A stretch of DNA of 60,035 nt. It comes from Promethearchaeati archaeon (lineage in GTDB: Archaea > Asgardarchaeota > Heimdallarchaeia > JABLTI01). This document shows positions 59,739-60,035 of this stretch, piece after piece. The stretch covers positions 1-60,035 of the forward strand of contig JABLTI010000004.1 of the NCBI GenBank assembly GCA_013166835.1. The letters are read 5' to 3'. The notes under the pieces are model-generated. The model ran no database searches and had not been told where the DNA came from. It was given only the letters and a program-made list of their open reading frames with translations. A program made the translations under genes and the position numbers. How positions within the stretch are numbered: position 1 is the stretch's first letter; each line of letters opens with the position of its first letter.

Positions 59739-59826
59739 GCGGGGGTGTCCTAGTTAGGTCAATGGAGTAGCGCTGAGGTCGCTATGGTGTAGGCCTCCGT
59801 GGGTTCAAATCCCATCCCCCGCACCA
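59739..59826 (+). tRNA. tRNA-Leu(GAG)
   Basis: GCGGGGG...CCCCCGC-A-CCA, anticodon arm TAGCG-CTGAGGT-CGCTA, long variable arm. Confidence 0.95.
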
Positions 59827-59919
59827 GTTTTCTAATCACTTTTTCTCGAGTAAATAGACCTAAATGCATTTAATTTTATAAGAAATAAAAAAAAAAATAA
59901 ATAAAAAAAGAAAAAGAAA

Positions 59920-60035
59920 CTATTTTCTTCCTCTTTTACGACCAGATTGCCTGGCTGCTATTAACCCAACTTTTGCTCCAGGAGGAGCATTTCTTGAAAC
60001 AGTTCGTGTACCACTTCCACCACCATGAGGATGGC
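59920..60035 (-). CDS. rpl2: 50S ribosomal protein uL2, C-terminal fragment (runs off the window)
   Basis: HPHGGG...[24 protein letters not shown]. Confidence 0.9.
   Translation of the reverse strand, partial: HPHGGGSGTRTVSRNAPPGAKVGLIAARQSGRKRGRK

Overview
AT-rich archaeal chromosomal segment, most consistent with an Asgard (Heimdallarchaeia-like) archaeon. This is inferred from archaeal information genes (TFB x2, Cdc6/Orc1, RPA, TgtA, Nep1, uL2) together with a DENN-like protein and a PCI-like wHTH protein. The window carries herA-mre11-rad50, a bacterial-type fakA-fakB-plsY lipid operon, nfo, uvrC, hypD/hypF, a Tad/type IV pilus locus next to a divergent TFB, two tRNAs, a box C/D sRNA, and a replication origin (four ORB boxes next to oapAB). 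The main unannotated structures are: (1) two inverted 45-aa secreted-peptide genes with identical leaders and different C-terminal cores, flanking a large double-Lrp/AsnC regulator; (2) an AAA ATPase / RHH / helical DNA-binding gene trio interleaved with arrays of a tandem 9-bp pseudo-palindrome (centromere-like); (3) a 17-bp motif shared upstream of rpa and the divergent tfb. All product calls come from motif recognition by eye; no database searches were run.
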